A stretch of 64,000 nt of DNA from positions 3,808,001-3,872,000 of the forward strand of contig OX638351.1 in assembly GCA_951813565.1 (NCBI GenBank), written 5' to 3'. The DNA comes from an uncultured Poribacteria bacterium. Its GTDB lineage: Bacteria; Poribacteria; WGA-4E; WGA-3G. This document shows positions 50,329-59,795 of the stretch, one piece after another (the stretch's first letter is position 1; the number at the start of each line of letters is the position of its first letter). Under the pieces are notes generated by a model, which worked only from the letters and a program-made list of their open reading frames with translations, ran no database searches and was not told where the DNA came from. The position numbers were made by a program, and so were the translations under genes.

Positions 50329-51591
50329 ATGGATACGACAGTTATTCCGTTTAGCGGCTTACGCTACAATTTAGGTAAGGTCGGAGAAATCGCTGATGTT
50401 ATCGCACCACCTTACGATGTTATCAAACCTACAGAACGAATTGATTTGGAAAAGCGGCATCCCGCCAATATCATCCACTTAATTTTGAGCCAACCACGAG
50501 ACGATGACACTGAAAACGATAATCAATACACACGTGCAGCCGCACTGATGAACCAATGGATTTCTGACCAAACTCTCGTCCGAGATACAACTCCCCGTTA
50601 TTATATCTACGACCAATCATTTCATGCTCCCGATGGAAAGCACTATACACGCCGCGCTTTAATTGCCCTTGTCAAACTTGAACCCTTTGAAAATAAGGTT
50701 ATCCTACCCCACGAAAAGACACATGCAGGACCAAAGATTGACCGCCTCAATCTTATGCGGACATGTCATGCCAATCTCAGTCCGATATTTCTGCTGTATC
50801 AAGATCAAAAAGGTGATATTGAACAGGTTATGCAGGGTTTCACTGATGAAAACGTGCCTCAGATAGATTGCGCGGAAATTTTTGGCAGTACGCATCAATT
50901 GTGGTGTTTAGATAATCCTGAATCCAATCGCGAAATTCAGAAACATTTTTCATCAAAACCGCTTCTGATTGCGGATGGACATCATAGATATGAAACTGCT
51001 CTTGCGTTTCAAAATGAAATGTCTCGGCAAAGAGGTATAAACACATCACTTGGATACGACTATATGATGGTAAACCTTGTTCGGATGGAATCACCCGGAT
51101 TAGCAGTTTTAGCAATTCACCGCTTACTTAGCAATCTCACGACTGAACAGATAAATCATGCTATTGCTGGATTGCCTGAAGTGTTTGCGGTACACGAAAT
51201 TGATTCGCATTCAAATCTTATGGCAAAGTTGGAGACATTTAAGGGAAAATCTCATGCGGTTGGCATGTCCACGCCTGACAATAAATATCGTTTGTTAATT
51301 CCGCATTCACCATCTGCCGGACAATTAGATGTTACCCTTGTTCAAGAGACTATTATCAATAAGTTGTTTAAGGTTGAAACATTAGCAGACCATATCAGTT
51401 ATACCGCTTACGCCGATGATGCTGTTGCTCATGTGAAAGAGGGCTCCGATCGCGTTGCATTATTGATGAATCCTACACCCGTTGAGCAGGTTTTGGATGT
51501 GGCAATGGCAGGATCGGTGATGCCACAGAAATCAACTTATTTCTATCCGAAAATGGCGACGGGATTTGTTTTGAATTTGTTGAACAGATAA
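50329..51591 (+). CDS. DUF1015 family protein
   Basis: PPYDVI, PHEKT, IADGHHRYET, MPQKSTYFYPK. Confidence 0.93.
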   Translation: MDTTVIPFSGLRYNLGKVGEIADVIAPPYDVIKPTERIDLEKRHPANIIHLILSQPRDDDTENDNQYTRAAALMNQWISDQTLVRDTTPRYYIYDQSFHAPDGKHYTRRALIALVKLEPFENKVILPHEKTHAGPKIDRLNLMRTCHANLSPIFLLYQDQKGDIEQVMQGFTDENVPQIDCAEIFGSTHQLWCLDNPESNREIQKHFSSKPLLIADGHHRYETALAFQNEMSRQRGINTSLGYDYMMVNLVRMESPGLAVLAIHRLLSNLTTEQINHAIAGLPEVFAVHEIDSHSNLMAKLETFKGKSHAVGMSTPDNKYRLLIPHSPSAGQLDVTLVQETIINKLFKVETLADHISYTAYADDAVAHVKEGSDRVALLMNPTPVEQVLDVAMAGSVMPQKSTYFYPKMATGFVLNLLNR

Positions 51592-51652
51592 TCAGAACAA
51601 TATTGTGGTAAGTGCATTTTGTTAGCATGCTGTTTAAATAATTCATGAATAC

Positions 51653-52205
51653 TTATACCATTTCTAAAAAATGAGACTTCATTATGAGATTATTGGTTCA
51701 AGCTGAGTTGAAGAATGTCCGAGGCGCCAAATGCCAAACGCGCATTTGGCGTTGATTTGGCAATGAATTGCGCTTGGTGAATGTGCGTCCGACATTCACA
51801 TTAAACGTGTTTTTTGTAAATGAAAGGCAATCAATTAGAAATGGTATTATATTAAGCGTAGGTTGGGTAGAACGCAGTAAACCCATAACTGTCAATTTAG
51901 TGTTTCATTACCCCCGGTAGGCGCGTTTTCTAAACGCGCCATCTATGCCGTCTTAGCTATGAGCTCAGCGCGTTTACATGAAGATTAATTTATTAATTCG
52001 GTAATTTTGGAGAAAGATCCAGTGCGGTTGGGAAACCGCACCTACCGGGCTTGGGAAAAATTAGAATTACCGAAATATTTTCTTAATCTTCATCAAAACG
52101 CGCCTACATTGTGGGTAGGATCGTTGGTTGTGCTTAATTGTGTAAAACCTTGAAATATATCCTTAAGTTGACACCTATGGGTAGAACGCAGTGAAACCCA
52201 ACTTT
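51653..52205. repeat. Nested REP/MITE cluster
   Basis: TTA-TACCATTTCTAA...TTAGAAATGGTA-TTA (51656-51846); CATA...TATG element 51884-52179 containing ATGAAGATTAA...TTAATCTTCAT element (~51978-52093). Confidence 0.85.
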
Positions 52206-52255
52206 GATAGCTAATGTAATATAATGCATATAGAAATAGGATAAAAAGTGAAAAA

Positions 52256-53296
52256 ATGCACAACGAACAACATTTTGACACCTTAACTTTTTCACATCAG
52301 TTATACGATGAAATACCGCGCGAATTGGAATTCCGAGCAACGACTGCCGCTGAAGCGGAAGCATGGCAAGAAGTTCTGCGCGAAAAACTTATTGAATTGA
52401 TAGGCGGTTTTCCGCCAACGCAGTGCGACCTACAACCAGAGACCTTAGAGATACGTGAATTCGAGACGTATATTCGTGAAACAGTGCTGTTTCAGAGTCG
52501 TCCAAATATGACGACCTACGGATATTTCCTTACACCAACACACGCAGGCATTTCAACACCGAACGCGACGATTCTCTGTTTAGCGGGACACGGGCGCGGC
52601 GTAGATGACATTGTTGGCATTGAAGAAGACGGCACGATGCGTGAGGAATTTGGTGGGTATCAGAACGATTTTGCCCTCCAATGTTTAGCCCACGGCTATA
52701 CTGTGCTTGCCATAGAACAATTCGGGTTCGGTCATAGGAGAGATGCGGTTTCACGTGAGAGAGGCGGAGGTAGTTCATCGTGTCAACCGAGTGCAGGGGC
52801 AGCTTTGCTCCTTGGACAGACGATGGTCGGATGGCGAGTTTATGATGCCATGCGTGCGTATGATTATTTAGCTACGCGCTCTGAAGTTGATATGAATCGA
52901 CTCGGTATAATGGGGATTTCTGGTGGTGGAACAACTTCATTTTTTACTACGGCAATTGACCAACGTGTGAGGGCTGCGGTTATAAGCGGATATTTCAATA
53001 CATTTAAGGATAGCATTTTGAGCATTAGTCATTGTATAGACAATTATATACCAAATGTGCTACAATATGCTGAGATGTACGATATTGCCGGATTAATCGC
53101 GCCGCGCGCACTCTTTGTAGAGTCTGGTACGGAAGATACCATTTTTCCAATTGCGGCTACCCGTGCATCGGTAGAACGTGCAAAAACAATCTTTAAGCAC
53201 TTCAATGCAGAAGATAAATTGGGCTTTGAAGTATTTGAAGCGGGACATAGTTTTTACGGTGTCGGAGCGTTTGAGTTTCTCAAACAGGTTTTGTAA
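52256..53296 (+). CDS. Alpha/beta hydrolase (dienelactone hydrolase-like)
   Basis: GHG, GFG.R, GISGGG nucleophile elbow, LIAPR.L, D..FP, GH.F. Confidence 0.88.
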   Translation: MHNEQHFDTLTFSHQLYDEIPRELEFRATTAAEAEAWQEVLREKLIELIGGFPPTQCDLQPETLEIREFETYIRETVLFQSRPNMTTYGYFLTPTHAGISTPNATILCLAGHGRGVDDIVGIEEDGTMREEFGGYQNDFALQCLAHGYTVLAIEQFGFGHRRDAVSRERGGGSSSCQPSAGAALLLGQTMVGWRVYDAMRAYDYLATRSEVDMNRLGIMGISGGGTTSFFTTAIDQRVRAAVISGYFNTFKDSILSISHCIDNYIPNVLQYAEMYDIAGLIAPRALFVESGTEDTIFPIAATRASVERAKTIFKHFNAEDKLGFEVFEAGHSFYGVGAFEFLKQVL

Positions 53297-53308
53297 AAGG
53301 AGAATTAG

Positions 53309-54103
53309 GTGGCGATAGAACTGTTTTCAATCGGAACTGAGTTAGTGCTTGGGCAAATTCAGGATACGAATGCCCATTGGATTGCACAGCAAATACTCCA
53401 ACTCGGTGGGGAATTACGGCGTGTAACGATGCTCCGTGATGATTTTGATGAGATGACTGAAGCATTGGATACTGCAATTCAACGTGAAACAGCGCTCATT
53501 CTAATGACAGGCGGCCTTGGACCGACACCGGACGATATGACGGTAGCTGTTGTGGCATCGCTCATAGGAACAAAACCTGTTGTAAACGAAGAGACCCTTG
53601 CAGAATATCGTAAACGCCGCGAGATGTCAGAAAACGATCCATTGAATGACGCTCTAACCAAAATGGCAACTGTGCCAGAAACAGCAGAAGTCCTCCAGAA
53701 TCCAGCAGGATGGGCACCGTGTATCAGTGTATCTCATAAGCAATCGACGCTCATGATGATGCCCGGTCCACCGCGTGAAATGAAAGCGGTTTTTGAAACA
53801 CATATCCAACCACTTATTGTTGAACGTTACCGTTCTGAGATTAGCACCGCACGGGTATTTGTAAATATGTTTGAAGCTGAAGTTTCACCACTGATGCAAA
53901 AGGTGATGGAACGTCATCCAGATGTGTATCTAAAGGCTTATGTCGCCTTGCGTGAAGTTGGCGGCAACATGATGCCTGTTGATCTTGTTTCAACAAGCAG
54001 CAAAAAAGAGGAGTCTGAAAATCAACTCCAATTAGCAATAAATTATTTTCAAGAACTTGTTCTTGAAGCAGGCAAATCCTTCAGTTATGAAGATCAATCT
54101 TAA
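53309..54103 (+). CDS. CinA-like molybdopterin-binding domain protein
   Basis: IGTEL..G...DTN, TGGLGPT.DD.T, NP.G.AP, PGPP.EM. Confidence 0.88.
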   Translation: MAIELFSIGTELVLGQIQDTNAHWIAQQILQLGGELRRVTMLRDDFDEMTEALDTAIQRETALILMTGGLGPTPDDMTVAVVASLIGTKPVVNEETLAEYRKRREMSENDPLNDALTKMATVPETAEVLQNPAGWAPCISVSHKQSTLMMMPGPPREMKAVFETHIQPLIVERYRSEISTARVFVNMFEAEVSPLMQKVMERHPDVYLKAYVALREVGGNMMPVDLVSTSSKKEESENQLQLAINYFQELVLEAGKSFSYEDQS

Positions 54104-54179
54104 TTTGTAGGTACATAAGTTGTTTCCTACAAGTTGATTTACAATTTCTATTACTTTCAAAAGAAAGGAGAACTATATT

Positions 54180-54542
54180 TTGAATCGTAAACCTTCAGGA
54201 AATAAGAGAAGACCGCAGGCAAGGTTTTCAAACCAAAGAGGTCCGAAACGGAAGCAAAAACCGAAAAAACGAAAAGATGATTCTGTAGATGTTGATGTTG
54301 AAAATAAAGATGTTGAACGAACCCCTTCTCAAAGCGATAAAATCGAGGTAGAAGGTGTTGTTGTTGAACCTTTACCAAACGCAATGTTTCGTGTGGAGTT
54401 GGAAAATAAGCACCGAATACTTGCGCATATCTCTGGTAGAATGCGGAAATTCTTTATCAAAATTTTGCCGGGTGATAAGGTGACGGTAGAATTGTCTCCG
54501 TATGATTTGACGCGAGGCCGTATCACCTATCGGAAAAAGTAG
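54180..54542 (+). CDS. infA: Translation initiation factor IF-1 with long N-terminal extension
   Basis: [19 protein letters not shown]...LAHISG.MR...[26 protein letters not shown] start after AAGGAG. Confidence 0.92.
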   Translation: MNRKPSGNKRRPQARFSNQRGPKRKQKPKKRKDDSVDVDVENKDVERTPSQSDKIEVEGVVVEPLPNAMFRVELENKHRILAHISGRMRKFFIKILPGDKVTVELSPYDLTRGRITYRKK

Positions 54543-54564
54543 TTTTTTGCTGGTTATTATTTTA

Positions 54565-55972
54565 CGCAATAAGTAGTTTTGGACTTGCAACAAAATTTTA
54601 AAAATCGCTCTAAATCCTTGTGTAGACTACATTTTTCGCTTGTTTTAATTGTGAAAATATGATACAATTTAGATAAGAAATTAGAGGGCTGTTAACCCCC
54701 TAATTGAACACAAAAAAGCGAGTTGCTTTTCTGGCATTCTGTCTTATCTAGTTATTGTATCAGAAACCTGTCAGAAAAAGCAACTCCTAAAAAGGAGTTT
54801 TCTGATGGATTTGTTGAAAGTGATGGAACGATTCCCTGATCAAGAGAGTTGTATTGAACATTTAGAGAGTATTCGGTGGAAGGGTAAACCGAAGTGTCCA
54901 CATTGTGATTGCCCAAACGTTGCAAGACGAACAGAAACGGAATTGGGACGCATCGGACGCTTGCAATGCCACGATTGCACTGCTACTTTCAAGGTTACTT
55001 GTGGCACGGTGTTTCACGGGACAAAGATAGCACTTCAGAAGTGGTTTTTGGCTATCTCGTTGATGACGAATGCTAAAAAGAGCCTTTCAAGTCATCAGTT
55101 GGCAAGAGATTTGGACTTGGATCAAAAGACTGCGTGGCGTATGGGAACATGTATCCGTGCTGAAATGGCTAAAGATAATATCCTCTTACAAGGTATCATA
55201 GAGGCTGACGAAACTTATGTCGGGGGTAAACCTCGCAAAGCGAACAAAAAAGAGGACAGGGATCCTGCTAAGCGTGGGCGTGGCACTGATAAAGATGCTA
55301 TCATCGGAGCGATTGAACGCGGTGGGAAAGTTGTGGCAAGACTCGCAAAAGATTTGACGGGACGGACTATCTTAAATTTTATTCGCGAAGTTGTTAAAGT
55401 AGATAAATCGCAGTTGATGACTGATGAGTATAAGGCTTATCTCACACTCGGTAAAGAGATGAAGCACCATATCATTGATCATCAAGAACAATTTGTTGAC
55501 GGTGATGTCCATACCAATACGATTGAAGGCTTCTGGTCACTTCTCAAACGTGCTTGGTATGGAAGTCATCACCACTATTGGACTGAATACACGCCCCTAT
55601 ATGTCGCAGAGGCGTGCTATAAATACAACTATAGGAGCATTGAGAGCATTTTTGATAAGTTTGTCAATGAGAGTATGAGATGAAGACTCACTCAACGATG
55701 GCAGAAGAACTTAAAGAATAAGGTCTTGACAAGCTGGACCACACTAATATCACAACGGCAAAACGATTAGAAGAATTGTCTGCCGTTGCAAAGTATCTAT
55801 CAAGCGCGCTCAACTTTTATACCGATGTGAGTTGGAGGGGCAGAAGTTCTCGCAGATTAGAGTTAGAAATTAGTCTTCGCCGTTTAGTGCTTTTCCGAAT
55901 TCTCATACCCTATTAAGTATAAATTTCCATAACGCTTAAGGGCTTTTTGCAAGTCCAAAACTACTTATTGCG
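54565..55972 (+). mobile_element. IS1595-family insertion sequence (1408 bp)
   Basis: Perfect 26-bp TIR CGCAATAAGTAGTTTTGGACTTGCAA; 8-bp TSD TTATTTTA at 54557-54564 and 55973-55980. Confidence 0.95.
54805..55683 (+). CDS. IS1595-family transposase
   Basis: CPHC...CHDC zinc finger, EADETYVGG, TDE...Y, HTNTIEGFWSLLKR. Confidence 0.95.
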   Translation: MDLLKVMERFPDQESCIEHLESIRWKGKPKCPHCDCPNVARRTETELGRIGRLQCHDCTATFKVTCGTVFHGTKIALQKWFLAISLMTNAKKSLSSHQLARDLDLDQKTAWRMGTCIRAEMAKDNILLQGIIEADETYVGGKPRKANKKEDRDPAKRGRGTDKDAIIGAIERGGKVVARLAKDLTGRTILNFIREVVKVDKSQLMTDEYKAYLTLGKEMKHHIIDHQEQFVDGDVHTNTIEGFWSLLKRAWYGSHHHYWTEYTPLYVAEACYKYNYRSIESIFDKFVNESMR

Positions 55973-56075
55973 TTATTTTATTGCAAGAGGCGACTCTTTA
56001 GACTGCTGCACATTTAGGTAATCCTGAAACTTCAGGTAGATAATTCAATAAACTTCTGTTCTGTAGGGAAGAATC

Positions 56076-56900
56076 ATGAAACCTGCTACCTTAGTTTATA
56101 TCAATAGCAACGATGAAAAGGAAATTCACAAACTGCTTCAGGCTATTGAAGAAAAACGTGAACAGGTAGAAGAACTTACGGTATCTGTGGAGAACCTTAA
56201 AGCAGAAGTTGACCTGTTTCAGCATCGGTATAATGCACACATTGGACGTTATTACCTTGAGCTTGATAAGGTTGAGCTTGAAGCGAAGGAATATCGTCTC
56301 CGTCTACAATTACGCCGAGAGGATGTGAGTGAGGAAGAGATAGAGGCACGGGTAGAATCCTGCTTCCGAGAAAACCGCACGCGAATTGATGCATGTGAAG
56401 CACAGAAAGAGGATGCACAAGAATCTCAAAAAAACGAACTTCCAGACAAGGAAGTGAAGTTCCTGCAAAATCTCTACCGTAAACTTGCCAAAAGATTTCA
56501 TCCAGACAAAGCGGAGCATCCTGATGAGCAAAACCGTCGAGAACAGTTAATGCCGCTTATCAACCGCGCATATCACGAGCAAGATGTTGAAATTTTGAAA
56601 CGTCTAAGTATTGGTGAGACAGACATAGAAATTGATTCTGAGCATACAACGGCAGAAAAAAGAGAACGGTTGCAGTCAGAATTGCGAAGCCTAAACCGAG
56701 TAACAGCAGAATTACGTTCAGAGATAAATCGGGTTAAGGCAGGACGCACCTATCGGTTGAAAGAGCAAGTAGAAACTGCCGAAAAAAATGGGAACGACCT
56801 TCTAACCACTCTCGCCGCTGATTTGAAACGTAAAGTCCAGTCAGGTCACGCGCAATTGACCCGTCTAATTAATATGTGGAGGCGTTCAAAAAACTCTTAA
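56076..56900 (+). CDS. Coiled-coil protein with central J-like domain
   Basis: LYRKLAKRFHPDK...INRAY flanked by heptad-rich helices. Confidence 0.8.
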   Translation: MKPATLVYINSNDEKEIHKLLQAIEEKREQVEELTVSVENLKAEVDLFQHRYNAHIGRYYLELDKVELEAKEYRLRLQLRREDVSEEEIEARVESCFRENRTRIDACEAQKEDAQESQKNELPDKEVKFLQNLYRKLAKRFHPDKAEHPDEQNRREQLMPLINRAYHEQDVEILKRLSIGETDIEIDSEHTTAEKRERLQSELRSLNRVTAELRSEINRVKAGRTYRLKEQVETAEKNGNDLLTTLAADLKRKVQSGHAQLTRLINMWRRSKNS

Positions 56901-56940
56901 CTATTTCATAAACTATATCCAATAATTGATTTTACGTAAA

Positions 56941-57097
56941 TAACCCAAGTTGCTACCTATATCGCGAATGCTCTTGTAGGAGGGGTTTCTAACCCCGATT
57001 TAGAAAAGAAAGCATAAGAATTAGCTGGAAATCCTTGTTTTTCAGTAAAAAGCAATGTCTGCAAGCTTGAAATCTTGTCCGTAGCAACTTAGGTGTA
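56941..57097. repeat. ~157-bp MITE, copy 2 (inverted relative to 34981-35138)
   Basis: ACCCAAGTTGC...GCAACTTAGGT ends; internal GTAGGAGGGGTTTCTAACCCCG REP. Confidence 0.85.
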
Positions 57098-57116
57098 AAT
57101 ACAGAAGGAATCATTT

Positions 57117-57851
57117 ATGCAACTAACCAACAAAGTCGCCATTGTCACTGGTGCTGGACGAGGAATCGGTAGAGCAATTGCCATTGCTTACGCTGCAGAA
57201 GGTGCTAATGTTGTGATCGCAGCACGAAGCGAGGATCAACTTAATGAGGTGGCAGATGAGATTTCAGCAAATGGTGGAAATGTTCTGGTAGTGCCAACTG
57301 ATTTACGTAACCGCACTGAGGTGGAAAATCTTGTCCAAAAGACAATGGAAAGTTTCCAACAAATAGACATCCTTGTCAATAATGCTGGTATCAATCCAAG
57401 GGGTTTGTTTTTAGACACAACAGATAAAGAATGGGATGAAGTATGGAAGATCAACGTTATGGGTGTTGTCCACTGTTGCCGCGCAGTATTACCTATAATG
57501 AAACAGCAGAAAAGTGGCAATATCATCAACATTGGCTCTGGGATGGGGCAAGTTGGTCATGCTAACCTTAGCATCTATTGTGCCTCTAAAGCTGCTTTGC
57601 ACGGGTTGACGCAAGCAATTGCTGAAGAGGTGTGGCAGGACGGCATTATCGCTAATGTCCTGATACCCGGTCCAGTCAAAACAGAACTCTCAAAACCTGT
57701 TTGGAAAGATGAAAAAATCTTCAGGGCACAAAGCGATCCATGGAAGGAGCCGGAGCTGGTTGTTCCATCCGCGCTTTTCCTTGCAACGCAGCCCACTGAC
57801 AGCGGCATGACAGGACAGATTATGAGCATCATGCGCCGGAATAGTCCGTAA
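57117..57851 (+). CDS. SDR family oxidoreductase
   Basis: TGAGRGIG, NNAG, YCASK. Confidence 0.92.
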   Translation: MQLTNKVAIVTGAGRGIGRAIAIAYAAEGANVVIAARSEDQLNEVADEISANGGNVLVVPTDLRNRTEVENLVQKTMESFQQIDILVNNAGINPRGLFLDTTDKEWDEVWKINVMGVVHCCRAVLPIMKQQKSGNIINIGSGMGQVGHANLSIYCASKAALHGLTQAIAEEVWQDGIIANVLIPGPVKTELSKPVWKDEKIFRAQSDPWKEPELVVPSALFLATQPTDSGMTGQIMSIMRRNSP

Positions 57852-57887
57852 ACGTGTGCTTGCGAGTGAATGTAGGAGTTATTTTTT

Positions 57888-58940
57888 TTATAACGGAAAC
57901 GAAATTCGTCGCCCTTCTTGTGCCGAACGATACGCTCCCAAAACCATCTCCACAGAAACCCGACCGGCTTCAACAGACACATCCGGTTCAGTATCATTCT
58001 TAAGGCAGTTAATAAATGGACGCGGAACACCTGCAATCCGTTCACCATGGCTATTCGGGATTGCGATCCCAAGGTCTTTCCATGTGGGTTCATCTCGTGT
58101 ATACAGTTTTAATGCCACTGCATTTTCAGGACGCGGCATATTACACGAAGGTCCATCACCATAGTTCTGAATGACAACACCCTCATCACCATAAATTTCA
58201 GTCGTATTTTCGCCAGCGAGTGTCACAGAAGTGTTAATCAGGATAGCCATCGTGCCACCCGAAAACCGATAGACTGCAACGCCTGTGTCATCAGGCGCGA
58301 CGTCTGTCAGAACATTATCAATTTCGGCAATGACACTGGTCGGTTTTCCCAGCATCCAGTAAATGAAATCGGTCGCATGAGAGGCATCGTCCATGAACAT
58401 GCCCATATTCTTCTCTGGGTCAATGTGCCAACGACTTGGTCCCGTTACAAAAGCCTCACTAAAGAGGACATTGATGCAGTGCCGCCGTCGCAGCATCCCT
58501 ATTTTACCTAATACGCCACTCTCAATAAGTTTTTTCATTGCGATATTAGCAGGATCACGGCGCATCTGGTGCGCCATCATGAACTTAACACCTGATTTTT
58601 GCACCGCCTCGGCAATTTTATCACAATCTTCCAATGTGAGTGCCATCGGTTTTTGACAAAGAATGTTTTTACCTTCCGATGCTGCTGCCGCTACCATCTC
58701 CGCATGCCGATTTGTTTCGCACGTCACGATAACGGCATCTATTTCTGGATGATTAACAATATCCTCAAGGTGAGGTGAGAAGTTCATCCCAAATTGTGAA
58801 GCGGCGTTTTCGCCACGTTCAACGTTATCATCCCAACATGCAATGAGTTTAACATCATCAAACGTTTGCATCCTGTTGCAGTATGCGTTCGCGTGTCCAT
58901 GCGCAAAACTTATTATTCCAATACCAATCTTTGTATTCAT
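57888..58940 (-). CDS. Gfo/Idh/MocA oxidoreductase
   Basis: QKPMA, D...H..D; probable ATG 58940 overlapping upstream stop. Confidence 0.88.
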   Translation of the reverse strand: MNTKIGIGIISFAHGHANAYCNRMQTFDDVKLIACWDDNVERGENAASQFGMNFSPHLEDIVNHPEIDAVIVTCETNRHAEMVAAAASEGKNILCQKPMALTLEDCDKIAEAVQKSGVKFMMAHQMRRDPANIAMKKLIESGVLGKIGMLRRRHCINVLFSEAFVTGPSRWHIDPEKNMGMFMDDASHATDFIYWMLGKPTSVIAEIDNVLTDVAPDDTGVAVYRFSGGTMAILINTSVTLAGENTTEIYGDEGVVIQNYGDGPSCNMPRPENAVALKLYTRDEPTWKDLGIAIPNSHGERIAGVPRPFINCLKNDTEPDVSVEAGRVSVEMVLGAYRSAQEGRRISFPL

Positions 58941-59440
58941 ATATGTGTAATCCAATCTGTAAGAGGCTGTTGCGAATCAACTTCTGGGTTAAAGACAAGC
59001 AGTCCTTCAGTCTGCGCAGCTCTGAGGAGACGTTGATCAGAAGCAACGAGTACTAACTTATTACCAGTATTGCGAAGTTCTGTTGCAATGTCCAACGCGG
59101 AACGAAGCACCATTGCATCAACGCTATTGAGCGAGTGTGTTTCAATCAAACACATTGAGTTTAAAACAAGCGTATCTGGAATGGAAATCGTTTTGAATTC
59201 TGATTGTCTATTGATCACTTCACTTTTTAAATGGGTGACAGCGCGGGCAAACTCATTCTTTGTGATGCGACTATCGTTTCCTTTACGGACACAAATCCAA
59301 AGGACTTCCACAACTCCGAGCATCAAACACTGCATACGCCCTAAAGAAGTATTGGCAAAAAGGAAATTGACACTATCACTTCCGACTTCCCTTGTATACC
59401 GTTTAACTAATGCACTTGCATCGAAATAGTAAATACTTAT
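58937..59440 (-). CDS. PIN-domain (VapC-like) toxin without canonical start codon
   Basis: Frame extends upstream of track ORF: ISIYYFDASALVKRY..E.GS; also E, DA and SD..L..AA..EG motifs. Confidence 0.8.
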   Translation of the reverse strand: MSIYYFDASALVKRYTREVGSDSVNFLFANTSLGRMQCLMLGVVEVLWICVRKGNDSRITKNEFARAVTHLKSEVINRQSEFKTISIPDTLVLNSMCLIETHSLNSVDAMVLRSALDIATELRNTGNKLVLVASDQRLLRAAQTEGLLVFNPEVDSQQPLTDWITHI

Positions 59441-59787
59441 TTCTCCCGTTCTTCAATAATTGCACGGCTAAACTCGTTATCCTCAGCACGAATGCCGTGT
59501 TGCTTCATACTTTCATGAAGTTCTTCAATGGGCCTAAGTTCAAAGTCAGGTGAAATACCCATTTTTTCATATATTTCGGCAAAGATTTTCTTGGCAATGT
59601 GAGCATCACTCTTGTCACTGTACAAACTACTCTTCGACTCTTCCTCACTTGTTTTGGATTTCTCAGCAGAATCTGCCACTAATTCCTTGACCAATAAGGA
59701 AAGCTGCATATTTATATTCGTAACTACTTTTTCCAATCTATCTAAACGTTCAACAACACCTTCAAGTGTAACATTTTCCATCATCAA
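59437..59787 (-). CDS. Putative antitoxin
   Basis: Directly upstream of PIN gene; C-terminal SRAIIEERE; AGGAGG RBS. Confidence 0.65.
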   Translation of the reverse strand: MMMENVTLEGVVERLDRLEKVVTNINMQLSLLVKELVADSAEKSKTSEEESKSSLYSDKSDAHIAKKIFAEIYEKMGISPDFELRPIEELHESMKQHGIRAEDNEFSRAIIEEREK

Positions 59788-59795
59788 ATCCTCCT

